Below, in pieces: positions 62,500 to 64,000 of a stretch of 64,000 nt of DNA. Source of the stretch: Bdellovibrionales bacterium. Its GTDB lineage: Bacteria > Bdellovibrionota > Bdellovibrionia > Bdellovibrionales > UBA1609. The DNA lies in contig CBDBIB010000001.1 in assembly GCA_965205945.1 (NCBI GenBank), forward strand, positions 320,001-384,000, given 5' to 3'. Position 1 is the stretch's first letter, and each line of letters begins with the position of its first letter. Under the pieces are notes generated by a model that saw nothing but the letters and a program-made list of their open reading frames with translations, was not told where the DNA came from and ran no database searches. A program made the position numbers and the translations under genes.

Positions 62500-63150
62500 C
62501 TATTTTAAATTAGCCAGTCTGTATTCTGCATATTTTGCAGCTTTAAATTTTTTATAATTTGAAACGACCGATTTATAAAAAGTCTTAGCTTCTTTTTCCA
62601 TACCAAGCTCTTGAAAACAAACTCCTATCTTATACGTTATAAGCGCATAATCTTCACTTTTTTTAGATGAAACTTTGTCACGATATAACTGGAATTCTGA
62701 TGCTGCTTCAAACCATTTTTTATCATCAAAGTACTTATCCCCCTCATTTAAATGATCTTTTGCAGTTTTTCTTGCAGCTATAATCGCTGTTTTTACTTTT
62801 TTATTTTCCTCTTTAAGGAGTAAGATTTCAGTATCTAATTTTTTCTTTTCCACAACCAGCTCAGACACTGAGTCTTTATAGGCTTGAAGTTGTTGATTTT
62901 CTTCACCAAGTCTTTTTTGGTTGCTCTCTTGAAAACGCCTATTAATAATTTCAAGCTCTTCAATCTTTCCGCTACTTATTCTAAATTGTTCTTCATACTC
63001 TAGGCTCTTAGCTCCTAAATCTGCAATCTGTTGTCTAAGTTGTAAAACCACCTTTGATTCTTTTTTTACTTTATTTTTTTCATTTCGAATTTTTAAATTC
63101 ATACAGCCAAAGAAAGTAGGTATGATTAAAATTATTAACAAAACTCTCAA
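62500..63150 (-). CDS. cpoB: CpoB/YbgF-like coiled-coil TPR lipoprotein
   Basis: Lipobox FGC, coiled coil and C-terminal TPRs. Downstream of pal. Confidence 0.7.
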   Translation of the reverse strand: MRVLLIILIIPTFFGCMNLKIRNEKNKVKKESKVVLQLRQQIADLGAKSLEYEEQFRISSGKIEELEIINRRFQESNQKRLGEENQQLQAYKDSVSELVVEKKKLDTEILLLKEENKKVKTAIIAARKTAKDHLNEGDKYFDDKKWFEAASEFQLYRDKVSSKKSEDYALITYKIGVCFQELGMEKEAKTFYKSVVSNYKKFKAAKYAEYRLANLK

Positions 63151-63494
63151 AACTCTCCTCCTTTTTTAATCTGAAAAACACGAGCTCTTATTTCAGATTT
63201 TTCAAAGTAAAGCCTTGCTGTGTAATATGCTTGCTTAGCCTTTGAGTACACCCTTTTTTTATAGTATTCATGTGCTTTTTTTAAATAAGCGCTCCCTTTA
63301 TGATAGTCCGCCCTTGAATATTTTGCTGCATAGTTTTTTTTTGCATATTTTTCTGCCTCAACAGCTTTTGCCTGCTCAATTAACGGCGGTCTCCCTGCAC
63401 AAGCTGTTAAAAAAACACTTATTAAAAATAAATATAAGAAAAGGGCCTTTTTTAGCCCCCCCCTAAATTCAATTATAAATTGACCTGTACTCAT
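63147..63494 (-). CDS. Small helical lipoprotein (DUF4398-like)
   Basis: LTAC lipobox, Ala-rich helices. Start uncertain. Confidence 0.6.
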   Translation of the reverse strand: MSTGQFIIEFRGGLKKALFLYLFLISVFLTACAGRPPLIEQAKAVEAEKYAKKNYAAKYSRADYHKGSAYLKKAHEYYKKRVYSKAKQAYYTARLYFEKSEIRARVFQIKKGGEF

Positions 63495-63497
63495 CTC

Positions 63498-64000
63498 TTA
63501 CTGGTTAATAGGTAAAAAGTTTACCCTTCTATTTTTAAAGTGATCTGATTCAAAATCACCCACAGACAACAGTTTTTCCTTGCCATAGCTAATAACAATC
63601 AGTCTGCTAGCATCAATTCCTAAAGATGTTAAATATTCTTTTACCGCTCTTGCTCTTCTATCACCTAGTGCAAGATTATACTCCGTAGAACCTCTTTCAT
63701 CGCAGTGACCTTCAAGTTGAATAATCTTACTCGTGTTAGCTTTAATCCAATCCACATTACTGGCAAGCAATGCTCTTGATTCATCGCTTAAGCTTGCTCT
63801 ATCATAAGCAAAATTCACTGTATATAAACCCTCAAACTTGCCTGTATCACTGCCTGAAACAGTTAAGCTTAAACCTGGATCTACAACGCCTGTTGTATCC
63901 ATAACACTACCGTTCTTTGATATACCACCTAATAACTGTCCACCTTCTTTTAAACCTGTATCAGGTTGAAGAATGGCTATTCCTTTATCCTCAATGTTTT
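63498..64000 (-). CDS. pal: Peptidoglycan-associated lipoprotein (5' end outside window)
   Basis: EGHCDERGSTEYNLALGDRRA, SYGKE and NRR. Frame stays open to the window edge. Confidence 0.92.
   Translation of the reverse strand, partial: NIEDKGIAILQPDTGLKEGGQLLGGISKNGSVMDTTGVVDPGLSLTVSGSDTGKFEGLYTVNFAYDRASLSDESRALLASNVDWIKANTSKIIQLEGHCDERGSTEYNLALGDRRARAVKEYLTSLGIDASRLIVISYGKEKLLSVGDFESDHFKNRRVNFLPINQ

Overview
This is an AT-rich bacterial chromosomal segment, most consistent with a Bdellovibrionota (Bdellovibrionales-like) genome. That assignment is an inference from the bacterial topoisomerase VI pair, the vWA lipoprotein, the PA-domain S8 protease and the SWIB protein. The window is mostly housekeeping: pcrA/uvrD, queF, birA, top6B/top6A, bolA-grxD, rpoH-like, aspS, a murG-murC-murB-ddl-ftsQ-ftsA-ftsZ-lpxH block, addAB, one rRNA operon (16S-tRNA-Ile-23S-5S, minus strand), ettA, map, recN, nadK, dcp, smpB, rsmA, tsaD, cpoB and pal, plus tRNA-Arg(UCG), tRNA-Cys and tRNA-Ala. 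Hand translation of the intergenic DNA recovers five decayed remnants missed by the ORF track: IS5/IS903-like, IS481-like and ISL3-like transposases, a DUF285/BspA repeat and a TonB-dependent receptor plug. It also recovers an unannotated 47-aa lipoprotein. The most notable observations are: (1) an apparently collapsed flagellar operon, with a sigma54-type promoter followed by only fliL-like, fliO-like and fliA, while several FliA-type promoters in the window sit before non-flagellar secreted and pilus genes; (2) a histone-H1-like repeat-SWIB fusion whose KKVAKKKT unit recurs in the Topo VI-B tail; and (3) repeated signs of leaderless mRNAs. No CRISPR array, prophage or intact mobile element was seen. 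All calls are by motif recognition without database searches.
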